From the NCBI RefSeq assembly GCF_001194135.2, contig NC_068992.1, positions 55,266,723 through 55,330,722 of the forward strand: a stretch of 64,000 bases of DNA, given 5' to 3'. The position numbers and the translations under genes are program-made. The notes below the pieces were generated by a model. It made no database searches, was not told the DNA's origin, and saw nothing but the letters and a program-made list of their open reading frames with translations. The stretch comes from Octopus bimaculoides. Taxonomy: Eukaryota. Below, piece after piece: positions 12,190-25,985 of this stretch. Every line of letters starts with the position of its first letter. Positions within the stretch are counted from its first letter, which is position 1.

Positions 12190-12420
12190 AAGTGTTGCGC
12201 TAATGATCTTTAGATTGTTGTTTCGGTTCCTAGACTCGGTGATACCTTGTTCTGTTTTTGAGCAAAACACTTCATTTTACATTGTTCCCGTCCAGTCTGC
12301 TGACAAAAAGAGTAATCCTGCAACGGACCGGATTTCCGTCGAGAGGGTAAGTATCTAGTTTCCACCAAATCCAATAAACAGGGTTCATGAGCTTATGGCT
12401 CGGGAAGGACAACTTCATCC
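12190..12420 (+). mobile_element. SINE-C (tRNA head plus CORE-like domain)
   Basis: tttgagcaaaacacttcattttacattgttcc..gtccagtctgctg; related to copies at 16340 and 53155. Confidence 0.7.
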
Positions 12421-13255
12421 TTTGTTTTTTATAGATAATTGCTGTAAAATAATATAAATTGATATTGGTGTAAATCACAAAATTGTCGTCTAATGCGTAT
12501 TTATACGCATTAGATGCGATTAAATACCACCTGACTCTACACTGCCTGTAATTCGTTAAGTATTAGCCTTGATTAAATTGAATTCCACATTCATTTGCTT
12601 ATATTTATGAGCTGAATTATTGGTAGTATTGATGAAAATACTGGATTTGAGCTTTTAGCCTAATCTGTTTGGATGTTATTTATTTAATTTTCATATATCA
12701 GAACAGCATTTCAATGTATTTATTAATACTTCACTAAGTCTCCCATGACAAAAACAGAGGTTGTCTGTCGGAATATAGTTAAGTTATTGATAGAGAAATG
12801 TACTATCTGCATTAGCCAAAGATTTACTGATATATTATCAACAATAAATTCGCCAGACATTGTCACTTCGAAATAAGGAAAACAAAATTAAAACATGTAT
12901 CAAGTAGCATAAATAATTATTTTACAGCGTGTTAGGACGATTAAAATTAATCTCATTTGAATATTGTCATTGTCAAGATATCGAACAGCTCTGACCAGTT
13001 TCAGCGTTCTAAAAGAATAAATTTATAGAAAGCATTGTGCTTGCTGTCAACCATGTTGCCCGCCCTGGGTTAATTTACATAAACCTAGACATGTTCGTGT
13101 GTCTATGTATTTGTGTGTGCGTAACTATCGGATGATTTTATACTGTCACAGTATTTTCCTCGGTCTGTAGCAGAGAAAACTTAAATTTTTCAAATTTTTT
13201 CGTGCAATAAACGGGAAAATACAGTACAGTATATTACAGTAATGAGTGGGATAAC

Positions 13256-13530
13256 TATAACGGATCTTTTCCCTTTCAACGGCAGATCGAGAAAATAATT
13301 TTTTGTAACTAAACACTTTCAAACTTCGGACACTGGTAGAATGTGTCATATAAAACATCTTTTACTCTTAGTGGTGTTGAGAAAAGTTTATATTTTCAAA
13401 ATTATTTCGTGTTAAATTTGTCGTATTTCGGTTTTATATAACACATTCTACCAGTATCCGAAGTTTGAAAATGTTGAGTTACAAAAAATAATTTCTCGAT
13501 CTTCCGGTGAAAGGGAAAAGATCCACTATA
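13256..13530. mobile_element. MITE with ~100-bp inverted arms, TA-flanked (Tc1/mariner-like)
   Basis: 13256-13356 is the reverse complement of 13431-13530 (about 88% by hand, 1 indel); 74-nt spacer; both ends read TATA. Confidence 0.85.
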
Positions 13531-13799
13531 ACTTTCAAGTGCTTCATCAGTCTGCTTAATGGAATTTCATTTTTACGACACCAATCGAATAAATTCGAGG
13601 AAATAACTATACGGTTGCTTGAACTACTTCGATGCGTAGACAACCCGCACCTCTATATTATATATTACCGTGTTAGGGAGGAGATTGTTTTTCTACAAAC
13701 TAGCTTTAAGTACACTATTCTAAATAACCCATGTGATGGTCACTACTAAAACAGCTTTTCATAATTATTTCTCATTTTGGCAACTGACTAAAAAAATTC

Positions 13800-13942
13800 G
13801 ATTAGTGGGAAGACGACTACATCATCCCCAGTCGAATACTGGAGATGATGTAATCGACCTTCGAATTCAGAACGAAACGCCCGAAGGAAAGCCACAAAGG
13901 ATTTTGTCCAATACGTTACTGATTCTGCCAGCTCGCCGCCTT
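13800..13942 (-). mobile_element. SINE-A, internally deleted
   Basis: gattctgccagctcgccgcctt head at 13921-13942. Confidence 0.8.
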
Positions 13943-15182
13943 GGAACACTTTTGCAAATGATTTAGCTCTGTTCATGATTGACGTAGACCTAAACAACAA
14001 TAAAATCTGTTCCAGGATTATCTGCATTGAGTTGCCCCATATAAACAAAGAGTAGAGTGGTGTCACACCAATTTGTGTAGCACCGGAAGATGACATTTGA
14101 GAAGTATTTGTTCAAACGTAACCTCTTCAAACCTAAGAAATTTGAGGACGTAAACGATAACTATAAGAATGATCATCTGAATTGAATAGTTTTTACCTGT
14201 CTCTTTTGTGTAGTCAAGCTCAGCCTCTCACCTGCAGAACTAGAATATAGTAAGAGGCATTTCTCAACATGAACTTCCTGGGATTTTTCTGTTAAATGTA
14301 GTGTAACCCAATTGAATTATCCACTGAGATTCTTCTAACATAGTAAGGTATAGTTTGAGGCAAGTTTTTCCTCAATATCTGACAATGTTTTTTTTCTGTT
14401 TACAAATATATTTCTTCTCTTATCTACAAAATACCCTATCGTTAAAACAAGAATCAATATTGCGACGTAATTTGTTTTCTAAAGAATATTAGTCGCGGAA
14501 GGAATTGGTCTAATGCTTAAACATCTTGTACATTGTGTCCTTTCTTTGTTAATTTATTTTATATTATTTTACCGATTGAATTGATATTGCATTACGCGAA
14601 CAATTTCTAAATGAATAAATACATAAACAAACGTATAAATAAACATACATGACTGCTTCACCAAGCATCTGATGACCACTGACACAAGGGGTTATCTTGG
14701 CAACTCGAACCAAAACAAACACGTATGTTATTTTTTATTTGAAAACACGGCTTTCTTCCTTTTACTTCATTTCCACCGATCGATATATTTGACATCACCG
14801 AGATATATGGGCAAAGATACACCCCCACACTCACACAGATACATACATACACGCATATATACACATTTTCACACGCACGTACATACGTATATATATATAT
14901 GTGTGTGTCTGTGTGTGTGTGTAAGATATATTTTATGACGTTTCCACCTACGCAATTTCACTAAAAAGTTAATGGTGAACTCGATGTTAGGGAAGATGAC
15001 AAATGACGATGGTACGTTTCTGCGCCATCGAATCTAAAATTACGTGACATCTCCACGTGATATATTCAAGTGAAAGACGCGTAGATACACGTAGAAATAT
15101 CCATGCATATTCACATATATAAATATTGATTCATGCACACACCTATCTACACATTTACCTATCTGTCTACCTATATCTATGT

Positions 15183-15716
15183 NNNNNNNNNNNNNNNNNN
15201 NNNNNNNNNNNNNNNNNNNNNNNNNNNNNNNNNNNNNNNNNNNNNNNNNNNNNNNNNNNNNNNNNNNNNNNNNNNNNNNNNNNNNNNNNNNNNNNNNNNN
15301 NNNNNNNNNNNNNNNNNNNNNNNNNNNNNNNNNNNNNNNNNNNNNNNNNNNNNNNNNNNNNNNNNNNNNNNNNNNNNNNNNNNNNNNNNNNNNNNNNNNN
15401 NNNNNNNNNNNNNNNNNNNNNNNNNNNNNNNNNNNNNNNNNNNNNNNNNNNNNNNNNNNNNNNNNNNNNNNNNNNNNNNNNNNNNNNNNNNNNNNNNNNN
15501 NNNNNNNNNNNNNNNNNNNNNNNNNNNNNNNNNNNNNNNNNNNNNNNNNNNNNNNNNNNNNNNNNNNNNNNNNNNNNNNNNNNNNNNNNNNNNNNNNNNN
15601 NNNNNNNNNNNNNNNNNNNNNNNNNNNNNNNNNNNNNNNNNNNNNNNNNNNNNNNNNNNNNNNNNNNNNNNNNNNNNNNNNNNNNNNNNNNNNNNNNNNN
15701 NNNNNNNNNNNNNNNN
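15183..15716. other. Assembly gap (N run)
   Basis: Ns. Confidence 1.
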
Positions 15717-15790
15717 TAAACTAATACATCTGTTTGTTGTCTACACCACCTGTCTTCGTCTTTTGTTTTTTTTTTTGTGAATTCTCCCCC
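15717..15790 (+). mobile_element. 3' part of the hammerhead-bearing short repeat (family H); head lost in the gap
   Basis: taaactaatacatctgtttgttgtctacaccacctgtctt is identical to 46655-46692. Confidence 0.85.
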
Positions 15791-15798
15791 CGCCACCA

Positions 15799-15840
<42 letters not shown>

Positions 15841-16339
15841 TCCACATGTTCTGCGTTTAATCAATTCTACTAAAAAGATATTGGTTCGTTTGAGGGTGTA
15901 AAACATGATATCTGACTTAAAGTGTATGTTAGCGATCATAAACGTATTCCGATATTCTCACTACTACGATTCGTAAGTCTACAATTAACGGTGAAATGTT
16001 TCGCAATTACAAACTAAGTACATGTAATATGAAATGAAGGCACACTAGAAACTAATTCAGTATAATTCAGTTGTGAAGAAAACTGATCAACTTTTACGAT
16101 AAATACCAACAAATTTCGTCTGCAAGCGCAAAATACCAACAAATTTCTTTGCAAGCGCAAAGATTAAGTTTATTATGAATACAAATACACAAACATGTAT
16201 ACAGATATGCATAAGTGTAGTGCGTGTGTATATATGTATATAATATACGCACATGCATATATATATATATATACACACATATATGAAAGTTATGTAGACA
16301 TGTAGTGTGCATACCAGTATCCCTTCTCAACGCTAGTGG

Positions 16340-16495
16340 AAAGCTGTATCGCCCGTTTGCCTTTTCAAAGGAAAGACAAACGGTGATACAGCTTGGAATC
16401 TATGATATCACAATTGATTTCTAGAGCTGAATGGAACAACGTGAAATAAAGTGTCACTAAAGTGTCTTGTTCAAGAGCACAACACACACACACAC
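16340..16495 (-). mobile_element. SINE-C fragment
   Basis: ggaacaacgtgaaataaagtgtc..cttgttcaagagcacaac is the reverse CORE-like motif. Confidence 0.7.
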
Positions 16496-16669
16496 ACACA
16501 TACACACACACACACGCACACACACATACACATATTGATCAATGCAATTCCCATTTATTCTTATTTTCACGTTTTTATTATCTATAATTTTACAATTATG
16601 AAAATAAACTAGTACTTTCATGAGTTGCGCAATCATCGGAGTTATGTTGTGACACCCGTGTTCCTCAAG

Positions 16670-16774
<105 letters not shown>

Positions 16775-17784
16775 CCATAATATTATATTATACTATTATT
16801 ATATTATACCAAACTCATTTTGTGAGGATTTCTTAAAAGTCTTGTATAACAATAGGTTTTGCGTACATATATCATGTGGTTAGTGACAATTTTCTGTATC
16901 AATACTAACTTTAAAAACGTTGGTATGTTCATGAAAGAAACCGCTAGGATATCAGGCTAACTAAAGTTGTTTACAACAGAACATTCTTCGTGTTTGAAAA
17001 TTTAACAAGGCTACTGGATTTAGGAAGGGAGTATATGCTTTCTGTTTTTTTTCTGTTTTATTTCTGTGCATATAAGCACAAGCAGTATCATTTAGAGATG
17101 CCCCTGCTGAGGCTTACTTTATTTAAAATTAATATTTTCCTTATTGTAAATTAGGACGTGTCACTAATTATCAATAAATTATCTTTGCTTGACAGTCTTT
17201 GCACATGCTGGCGCGTGAGTATGCATCAGTGTTGGACTCCATAGTAAATATACTCTAACATTTAAGGTGCCAATATATTGCTAAATCTGTACTCCCACTT
17301 CCTTGCCTGGACGACAGATCAGATAGGTATACCCCAAGAACACCAAAACATATTTGAAGAATATGACTACAAATTACATTTAAGACAAAAAAATAAAATA
17401 TGTCAGATTGTCTGGAAACAAAATTTTTCTTGTATACTTTTATTCTTCCTTTTCTTTTTGATTTATTCTTTTTGTTCGCTGGTCAATTCAAACTAAGGTT
17501 TGTTTTGTTTGGCTTGTAAGACATAAATGTCACCAATTTAACACCTGAATCGATGTAGGTATGAACTATCGTTAACCCAAATGTTCAAAGCAAATATAAT
17601 TTATACGTGATTCTGAAGAATCTCTCTACAGTTATGTGTCTATGCAAAATTATATACCAATGGTTGCGTGTATTGCTGCATAATATAGTATTGATCATGC
17701 GATCGAACTGTATACCAATGAAAGAACTTGCTCAAAACCATTCTTCTTGGTTGTAATTGTAGAATTACTGTTGATATTTGTAAA

Positions 17785-17992
17785 TTTTGCCCGCACCGGG
17801 AAAATACTTTGCGGCATTTCGTCTGTCTTTAAGTTCTGAGTTCAAATTCTACCGAGGTCAACTTTGCCTTTTACTCTTTCTGGGACTTTGAAATAACAGT
17901 CGAACAAGTACCTGTTAATAACTGGGGTCAATGTAATCGAATTAGCACCATGTAAGGATTGCTTGCTTTTTACCAAAAATTTGAAACCAATA
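17785..17992 (+). mobile_element. SINE-A
   Basis: gcggcatttcgtctgtcttt..ttctgagttcaaattctaccgaggtcaactttgcc..aaatttgaaaccaatatt. Confidence 0.9.
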
Positions 17993-18544
17993 TTGTAATG
18001 TTATTTTATACTCTTTCTTTTATGTAGGAACTTAATTGAAACGCAATTCATGTATAGCCGTAAGCTTGCTGTTTACAGATGTGATTTTAAAGTTATTTTA
18101 GTGGAAACTTCAGCACGTGCGCTATATTCTGTTAAATCAGCAATCTGAAAATCTCGTATTTAAAATCAAAGTTTTACATTGTAAGCAAGTTACTTCTCTT
18201 GCTGAATATCTATCCCCAAGAGGCAAATAAACTACCAAAATAATACGTAAAAAAAGATACTGCCGCATAATACAAAATAATTAAAGTTATCACGTACATG
18301 TGTCTAATCTCTTTACATTAGCGATCGCGAGTGGTACACTAATTAGGACGTTTTCGTATATTTCTAGATGGCTGTGGCAATTTTTCCTGAGTACAGTTAT
18401 TCAAATTTCTCCAATGTATTATGAATAGTATCATATTGAAACAGAGATTATTGTTATCTAACGGGAAAAACGTTGAGGTTGAGTCGAATGTCGTCCTACA
18501 TTAAACTTAAACAAAGTTCTGCTCCACATTATAAGCTAATCTAT

Positions 18545-18752
18545 AAGGTGGCGAGCTGGCAGAATGCAGAATCGTTAGCAGTATTTCAGCTATCTTTACC
18601 TTCTAAGTTCAAATTCAACTGAAGTCGACTTTGCTATTTTTGCTTTCGGGATCGATAAAATAAGAAGCAGTTAAGTACTGCTGAGCGATATAATCGACTA
18701 GGCCACACACACACCCGAAATTGCCCACCTTCTGCCAATTATTGAAACCATT
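18545..18752 (+). mobile_element. SINE-A
   Basis: aaggtggcgagctggcagaat..aagttcaaattc..gatcgataaaataag. Confidence 0.9.
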
Positions 18753-19384
18753 ATAATCTAATTCTATCTCCATAACACCCATAGAATCAATATTAGCGTC
18801 TAAATCTTTAATTTAAAACAATATCTACTGAACTAGAAAATATAATCAAGTAAGATATCTCATAAGAATCGAAGCAAGAATATATATAAATTTATTTTAA
18901 ACCAATAATATCTTCATAAATTTTAAAGCATTGCCAATACGAAATCAGTGCCTGACTTAATTATATATAATTTAATCAAAAAACCGTATTGAGATGAAAC
19001 ACTTCCTGCATTTAAATATTTTAGTTGCCAGCATCTAGCTCTAAATACATGAACATACACTATACAAATATAACTAAATATAAAAATGTATTATTATGCA
19101 TAAATATTGAAGTATACATTCGAGAAATTTCAGTATATATTATTGAGATTTTTTTGATTTTTTGCTTTTGTTTAAATCGATTTAATGCCTGACATACAGT
19201 GGCAGTGACGAAACCGAGATTTTGTTGCAGACACCACAGTACCTGCAGGTGTTCTATTTTGAGGCACCGTGTCAAAGACTACTCACATAAATGATTAGTT
19301 AAGTAATTTGTGAACTCACAAATACTATTTAAATATCAGCAATTAATGCTCCTACTAATAATTATAATTATTTCTTTCTGGTAT

Positions 19385-19572
19385 ACGCACAACGCCTCAA
19401 ATTTGTGGCGAGGGTCTAGTCGATTACATCGACAACCAGTGCATAGCGGTGAATAGAGATTCGATATCGCAAGGATGAAAAGGAAAATCTACCTTGGAAG
19501 AATTTGAATTCAGATCGTAATGATAGACAAAGTGTCGTTAAGTACTTTGTCCGGCTTGCTAACAGTTCTGCG

Positions 19573-19615
<43 letters not shown>

Positions 19616-19710
19616 TAATAATAATGATAATCCTTTCTACTAAAAGCAAAAAAGCTTTCAATTTTGGGGAAGAGGACAAGTCGATTACCTCGACCCCAGA
19701 GTCTAGTACA
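19385..19710 (-). mobile_element. SINE-A copy plus SINE-A tail fragment separated by (TAA)n
   Basis: agtcgattacatcgac (19418) and agtcgattacctcgacccc (19679). Confidence 0.8.
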
Positions 19711-19866
19711 TATATGTATACTTCACATATAGACATGTGTGCATGTATATATGTATGCATGTGTGCATGTATATATATATGCATATGTGTATATATATAT
19801 ATATGCATGTGTGCATGTATATATATATATGCACGTGTGCATGTATCTATATGTATGTATGTGTGC

Positions 19867-19947
<81 letters not shown>

Positions 19948-19982
19948 CGTATATTTATGCGTATATGTGTGTGTGTGTGTGT
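19711..19982. repeat. Alternating purine-pyrimidine tract (TA/TG/CA)
   Basis: Directly visible. Confidence 0.95.
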
Positions 19983-20381
19983 AATCATGTTACCTCAGGG
20001 CCACAACTTACAACACTGTTGTAGGAACGCCGTGGTCATATATGTAGTATAGGACTTTCTTAATCCAGCTTACAGAGAGACGCACATAACCTCAAAGAGA
20101 GAGAGAGAGGGGGGAGGGAAGGAGAGAGACAGACAGAAGGGGAAAAAGAAAATAAGATCAACTCGAAACGTGGGACCTTGGTGGTAATCGACCCTAAAAT
20201 GCTGTTGATCAACAGATCTCTTGCCTTCTTACTTGCCAATTTACATACGGCATTTTAGTTTATATAACGATTTTTAAAACGTCTATGCCTAAGAATTATA
20301 TTAGTATCTTTGAGTTAATGGAATGTTTCCTTGATTAAAAGTTATGGCATCCTGCGCCTATATAGATAGATAAATAAATAT

Positions 20382-20433
<52 letters not shown>

Positions 20434-21869
20434 GTGAATGAGAGAAAGTAAAGCTTCTTGACTGTAACTCGGAGATCTAGATATCCTTTCCCTCAAATCA
20501 ATGAATCAGGGAACGAGCGTGATGTTATATAAGGTAACATACAAAATTCTCTTGTACAGGTGCTTGTTGAATGTGATTCTGACGATATAACAACATGATT
20601 TTTTTCTCATGTGAAAGAATAAAAATACCGATTATTCTGTGCTTGGCAATGCAGGCATAGCATATTTCCTACCTGGTTTCCATTAAAAGGCGGGGTGGTG
20701 GAGAAGGCAATCTCAATAATATAATGCTGACTTCTAATATTTTTATGTCGTTCTGTGTGTTTTCCGGTAGATATATCCATGATAGCCATCACCGATGGCA
20801 CCATTTCAGAGAAAATGACAAAATATCGGAACTGTTTCACATAACGATATCGATCTGGCAAAGGTTTTATTGCTTGTGTGTAATTTGGTACTTGAACAAT
20901 CATTGCAAAACTTATCGGTGTTACATGGCATTCTTCTTGAGGCAAAGAACAGGATTGTTATGTCAAATGCCATAAAATTAGTGTTTCTGGTATGATATTG
21001 ATGAAATATCAATTGGTAACAAGAACATGCATTAAGGAAATCAATTCACTGGAATTGAACCTGGCAGCAGAAATTTATTTTTACGTTGGCCAGATTCATA
21101 AGTAGTTGGAGCAAAATTTCTCTTAAGATATTTTCTGTTTTTTTAATTGAATTTAAAGACAAGTTGCAATAGTCAAACACAGAAACGGTTACTCAAATTG
21201 TTATTGCTACAAGATCAGCAAAGGAGAAAAACGCATACGTCATAGTTATTTATCATTCTCTGGCTGTGGCGTCCCCCACACCTGTCTTCATTTGACCATC
21301 GCTTGCTCCTTTGCTTTATTTGGAAATTACAGGCCGTAAATCTTGTATGCTGCCAGCGGTTTCTGCAAGCAGTATTGGTATGCCCTGGTTAATAATGTGC
21401 GAAATACTAACGATCAGAGTTATTTAGCATATACCATTCTAGTGGCGGATTCTCGGACATTTTCTTTATAAATTTCAAACTTCAAACGTAAATATATCTG
21501 AATTACACTGTGATCACGATTATTCTCTGGTATTTAAAATGTTGCCTAGCACTCTTTGTTTCCTGCCTGTCGAGAAACACGGTCCTATGGAAGTTCAGTG
21601 GTGGATGTTAGCGTGAGCGGTCTCACGCAACTCTAGGTTTCATTGAAGATCAATTGAACAACCTATTCTAAACAATCTAAAGAACTTCCACTTCAGAAAA
21701 CATGGAGACATCCTGAACTCCCTGTCCTGACTGGAATACCGGAACAACCGTGGTTTGCGATGGAGTCTACTCGCATGGAATTGCTGTTCAAGAATGCGAG
21801 TAACCGTGCAAAATCTCCGAGTTACAGTTTAAGAAACTCTAAGTTCTCTCATTCACACTTCTCTCTCTC

Positions 21870-22045
21870 CCCATCATTAGCATGCCGGAGAAAATTCTTA
21901 ACATCACTTCGTCCGTCTTTATACACTGAGTTCAAGATTCACCCGCGTCGACTTTACCTTTCATCCTTCCGGAGTCGATGAAATAAGTACCAGTTAAACA
22001 CTCCGCGGAAATTGCTGGTCTTGTGCCAAAATATGAAATCACTAT
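21870..22045 (+). mobile_element. SINE-A
   Basis: ctgagttcaag..gtcgactttacctttcatcc..ggtcttgtgccaaaatatgaaa. Confidence 0.85.
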
Positions 22046-22065
22046 TATTATTTGGATTATTATTA

Positions 22066-22140
22066 TTGTGTGAGAGAGCATCAGATGTCATCAAAGTGAC
22101 GCAGGCTTCCAAATATATGAAACCGAATATACCCATCAGT
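22066..22140 (-). mobile_element. Short 3'-end fragment of the same (TAA)n-tailed element as 1958-2115
   Basis: gtgagagagca..tcatcaaagtgac..aatatacccatca, following ttattatt. Confidence 0.6.
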
Positions 22141-22747
22141 ATTATTACTGCAATAATTATAGAAGAAGAAGAAGAAGAAGAAACATCTAAGGAGTGGAAA
22201 TCATATTTATCGTAGCTGTTTTGAGGTAGATACGAGGTTTATTGATATTCTAAGCAATTTTCGAAAGGTTCAATGAAGCGTAATATATACTTTGAAATAT
22301 AAAAGAAAAATCAAAAATACAGTTCGTTGTAATGGCATAAAAGTCAGAATGATCATTATATAATTGCAGAATAATTAATTAATTTCGATAGTATCTTGGT
22401 ATAATTTTATTGATTCCATGGATAAAATTTATTTTAATTGCCATGAATGAATTATAGCTTAATTATTGCAGTAGGTTTTCATCTTGCGGAAAAAGTTGAG
22501 AAAAATGGAGGAAAAGAAAAGATATAGAAGATGAAAGGAAAATTTTGAAAATAAGATGTTATTGTTTGAAAAAAAAATCAATACAATAACTGAGAGATCA
22601 AAAAATACAATTTCAAATCATTAATTTCAGTTTAAAGTATTTCAAATCAGTTTATCTCACTAACCACTGTTTCTTTTTACTATAGCATTTTCTTAATATA
22701 CTAAAATGAGATTCTTATCGTATACAAATTACATAAGATTATGAGTA

Positions 22748-22783
22748 NNNNNNNNNNNNNNNNNNNNNNNNNNNNNNNNNNNN
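22748..22783. other. Assembly gap
   Basis: Ns. Confidence 1.
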
Positions 22784-22834
22784 TATATATATATATATAT
22801 ATATATCAAGTATATCAAATCATTATTATTTTAG

Positions 22835-22950
22835 TTCTGAGTTCAAATTCCGCCCAAATAGATATTGCCTATTACAGATTTAGGATCGATAAATTAAGTA
22901 CCAGTTGTGCACACTGGGATCAATGCAATCGACTCCCAAAGGGTTATTAT
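22835..22950 (+). mobile_element. SINE-A fragment
   Basis: ttctgagttcaaattccgcc..gatcgataaattaagtaccagttg. Confidence 0.8.
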
Positions 22951-23139
22951 TAATATAATCATTGTTATTTTCATTATTATCTTTCAATTTAGTTTCCATA
23001 TCTTGCCGAGTTCCTTCCTGTCATCTAGGGTAGAGGAACGCATGGTGTACAGTGGTACACCATGAAAATAAACACACACGATTGTTCATTTCCAAAGTCA
23101 TGTGATGGAGAAAGAGGGGAAGAAAGACAGGGAGGACAG

Positions 23140-23322
23140 AGAGAATATATGCATACGTATACACACACAAGCACACACACATATATACGTATGTACACAC
23201 ACACTTACCATACACACATACATACATACATACATACATACATACACACAGACACCGAACACACACAGGCATATACGTACAGATGTAGATACATTCTAAA
23301 TATATATAAATATATATGTATA

Positions 23323-23387
<65 letters not shown>

Positions 23388-23543
23388 TTATATAAGTATA
23401 TACACATATGTATGTATGCAACTATTTATATGTACATACATATGTGTATATGCATATACATATATATCCATATATATACATATTCTTCTGTATATTTATA
23501 CATATACAGAGATAGATGTATACACACAAATATATATATATAT

Positions 23544-23626
<83 letters not shown>
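23140..23626. repeat. Long compound CA/TACA/TA tract
   Basis: Directly visible. Confidence 0.95.
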
Positions 23627-23627
<1 letters not shown>

Positions 23628-23773
23628 CAATGAAGGGGGAATTTCACTCATAAGATTACAAAGATGGACGACTAAAAGAAAAATAATTCAGTGCTAGAGA
23701 TAAAACATTATAAAACTTTAATAATTCTCAAAATAACAAGGTTTCCGTAGCTTTATTTTCATCTTTTCAATTA

Positions 23774-24115
23774 CACTGGTCAATAAAATATAACTTTTAT
23801 TTTCTGGCATAGAATCCTAGAGCTGTTTTAGACTAATTTTGGGGTGTTGATTCCAAAACTGACCTCAGATTTATTCTATCACATCACATTCTTTGCCATC
23901 AATATAAACCTTGATTTACCTGGAACATATCAAACGTTAACATTGCACAACTATTTGCAGGAATTTTTGGCGGGATCGTCATACTAATTTTGAATATGTT
24001 CAAGTTGAGATTTGCTTCAAAACCCTTCTTCTTATCCGATGTGAACTGAACCACTGTGATCTAGTTATGGATGCAACATCGAAAAGAAGGAAGTGCTGTA
24101 ATGACTCCGATATAT
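23774..24115 (+). mobile_element. Possible Chapaev3-like DNA transposon 5' end
   Basis: TTA then CACTGGTCAATAAAA terminus; subterminal gattccaaaactgacctcag; ATG at 24067 gives MDATSKRRKCCNDSDI, resembling the recalled RRKCxNxxDxFCYICG start. Truncated there. Confidence 0.45.
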
Positions 24116-24479
24116 TAGACCGAAAGTCTTGAATGTGGTTCCAAAATAGTGAAATTAACTGAAATCTAAGTATAGAAAAAATAAAAACTAGTGTTCTGTG
24201 TGTCGGTAACATACGGAAACTATCAAGCCTAATGTATTGAGCTGGGCCAGATAAAGGTGGAGATATTAAAAAAGAGGTAGATCTTGCTGAGTTTAGAACG
24301 AATTTGATATAATTCAGTTAAAAAACGGAACGTATAATTAGTAGAATTTGTGGGTAAATATTCGGAATTACTAAATATAATTGCAAGAAGTGGAAACATT
24401 TTGAAAGCGCTGAAGTAATGAGAACGTTATTGATAGTCTCTATAGATAGAAACACTTAGCTTTAACTTTTACTGTGAAT

Positions 24480-25010
24480 ATTCAGAACTTAATGTATTAA
24501 AAAACAACTAAGAGAAATAACCATTCTTCTATTTACCTAATTCGTCAAACATATAATTTCCGAACCTTTTTGTTTTGTTTTGTTTTTTTTTTCGGCAAAA
24601 GATTCTGAAAAAGTTAATGCAAATATAAGACGTTTAAACTCCAAGAGAAGCAATATCTTGTACAAATGTTAGCCGAAACTAAGTAAAAAGCATTTAGAAA
24701 ACAACCAAGAAAAGTAAGTACTATACTATTTACCTAAACTGTGAAAGGGAAAACATTTCAATGCTTTTTTCAACAAGTGACTCTGCAAATGGTACAGCAA
24801 ACACAAGGCATTTAACTTCTAAACGGGGAAATATAGTGTACCAATGTTGACAAAAACTAAGCAAAATGTATTAACAAAACAACGAAGAGGACTACATAAC
24901 ATTCTATTTCTCCAAATTGTCAAACCGAAAACATTTCAGTGCCTTTTTCAATGAGAGATTCTGCAAATGGTACAGCAAAAAAGACGTTTCACTTCTAAGC
25001 GACTAAATAT
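24480..25010. repeat. Degenerate tandem repeat, ~3 units, period ~178 bp
   Basis: ctgcaaatggtacagcaaa at 24783 and 24961 with a relative at 24605; ctatttacctaa at 24529 and 24726 with a relative at 24904. Confidence 0.8.
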
Positions 25011-25248
25011 AATCTCTCTCAATATATATATATATGAAATCCTTTGTATTTCTGTTCCCGATGCATTCTCAAACAGCTCAACCAAATCAAATCAAATTTT
25101 ACTTGCCGAAACTATGAGACCCCCAAGAGTGTCAACATATAATTCTTTTGGATTAAAACAATGCAACATTGACACTGGGTCCGTATCACGTCTCAAAATT
25201 CGAAAAATAAAAGTTAAACGTTCGACGGAATAATAGTTATCAATAGTT

Positions 25249-25571
<323 letters not shown>

Positions 25572-25735
25572 NNNNNNNNNNNNNNNNNNNNNNNNNNNNN
25601 NNNNNNNNNNNNNNNNNNNNNNNNNNNNNNNNNNNNNNNNNNNNNNNNNNNNNNNNNNNNNNNNNNNNNNNNNNNNNNNNNNNNNNNNNNNNNNNNNNNN
25701 NNNNNNNNNNNNNNNNNNNNNNNNNNNNNNNNNNN
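25572..25735. other. Assembly gap
   Basis: Ns. Confidence 1.
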
Positions 25736-25764
25736 TATATATATATATATATGTATATACATGC

Positions 25765-25985
25765 TATAGCCTCAGGCCGACTGAATCCTTGTTAGGAGAT
25801 TTCGTACACGGAAACTAAAGGAAGTCTGTCCTATATAGACATGTATATTTATCTGTGCGTGTTTGTGTGTTTGTACACCCACCATCGCTTGGCAACCGAT
25901 TTTGCTGTGTTTACTTTCCCGTAAATTAGCGGTTCTTGAAAAGACACCGATAGAAAAAGAACTAGGCTTAGAAAGAGTAACCGTA
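25765..25985 (+). mobile_element. SINE-B lacking head
   Basis: ctatagcctcaggccgac..cggaaactaaaggaag..catcgcttggcaaccga..taggcttagaaag. Confidence 0.8.

Noticed and set aside
13253-13264. TAACTATAACGG, matching part of the LSU rRNA/I-CeuI site
   Set aside because: Only 12 nt, with no surrounding rRNA sequence; it is the edge of a MITE.
13520-13555. Minus-strand CTGATGA...GAAA hammerhead-like core
   Set aside because: Neither helix I nor helix III can form.
20607-21012. Overlapping ORFs with Cys/His content, possibly a MULE/FLYWCH relic
   Set aside because: No motif could be matched with confidence.
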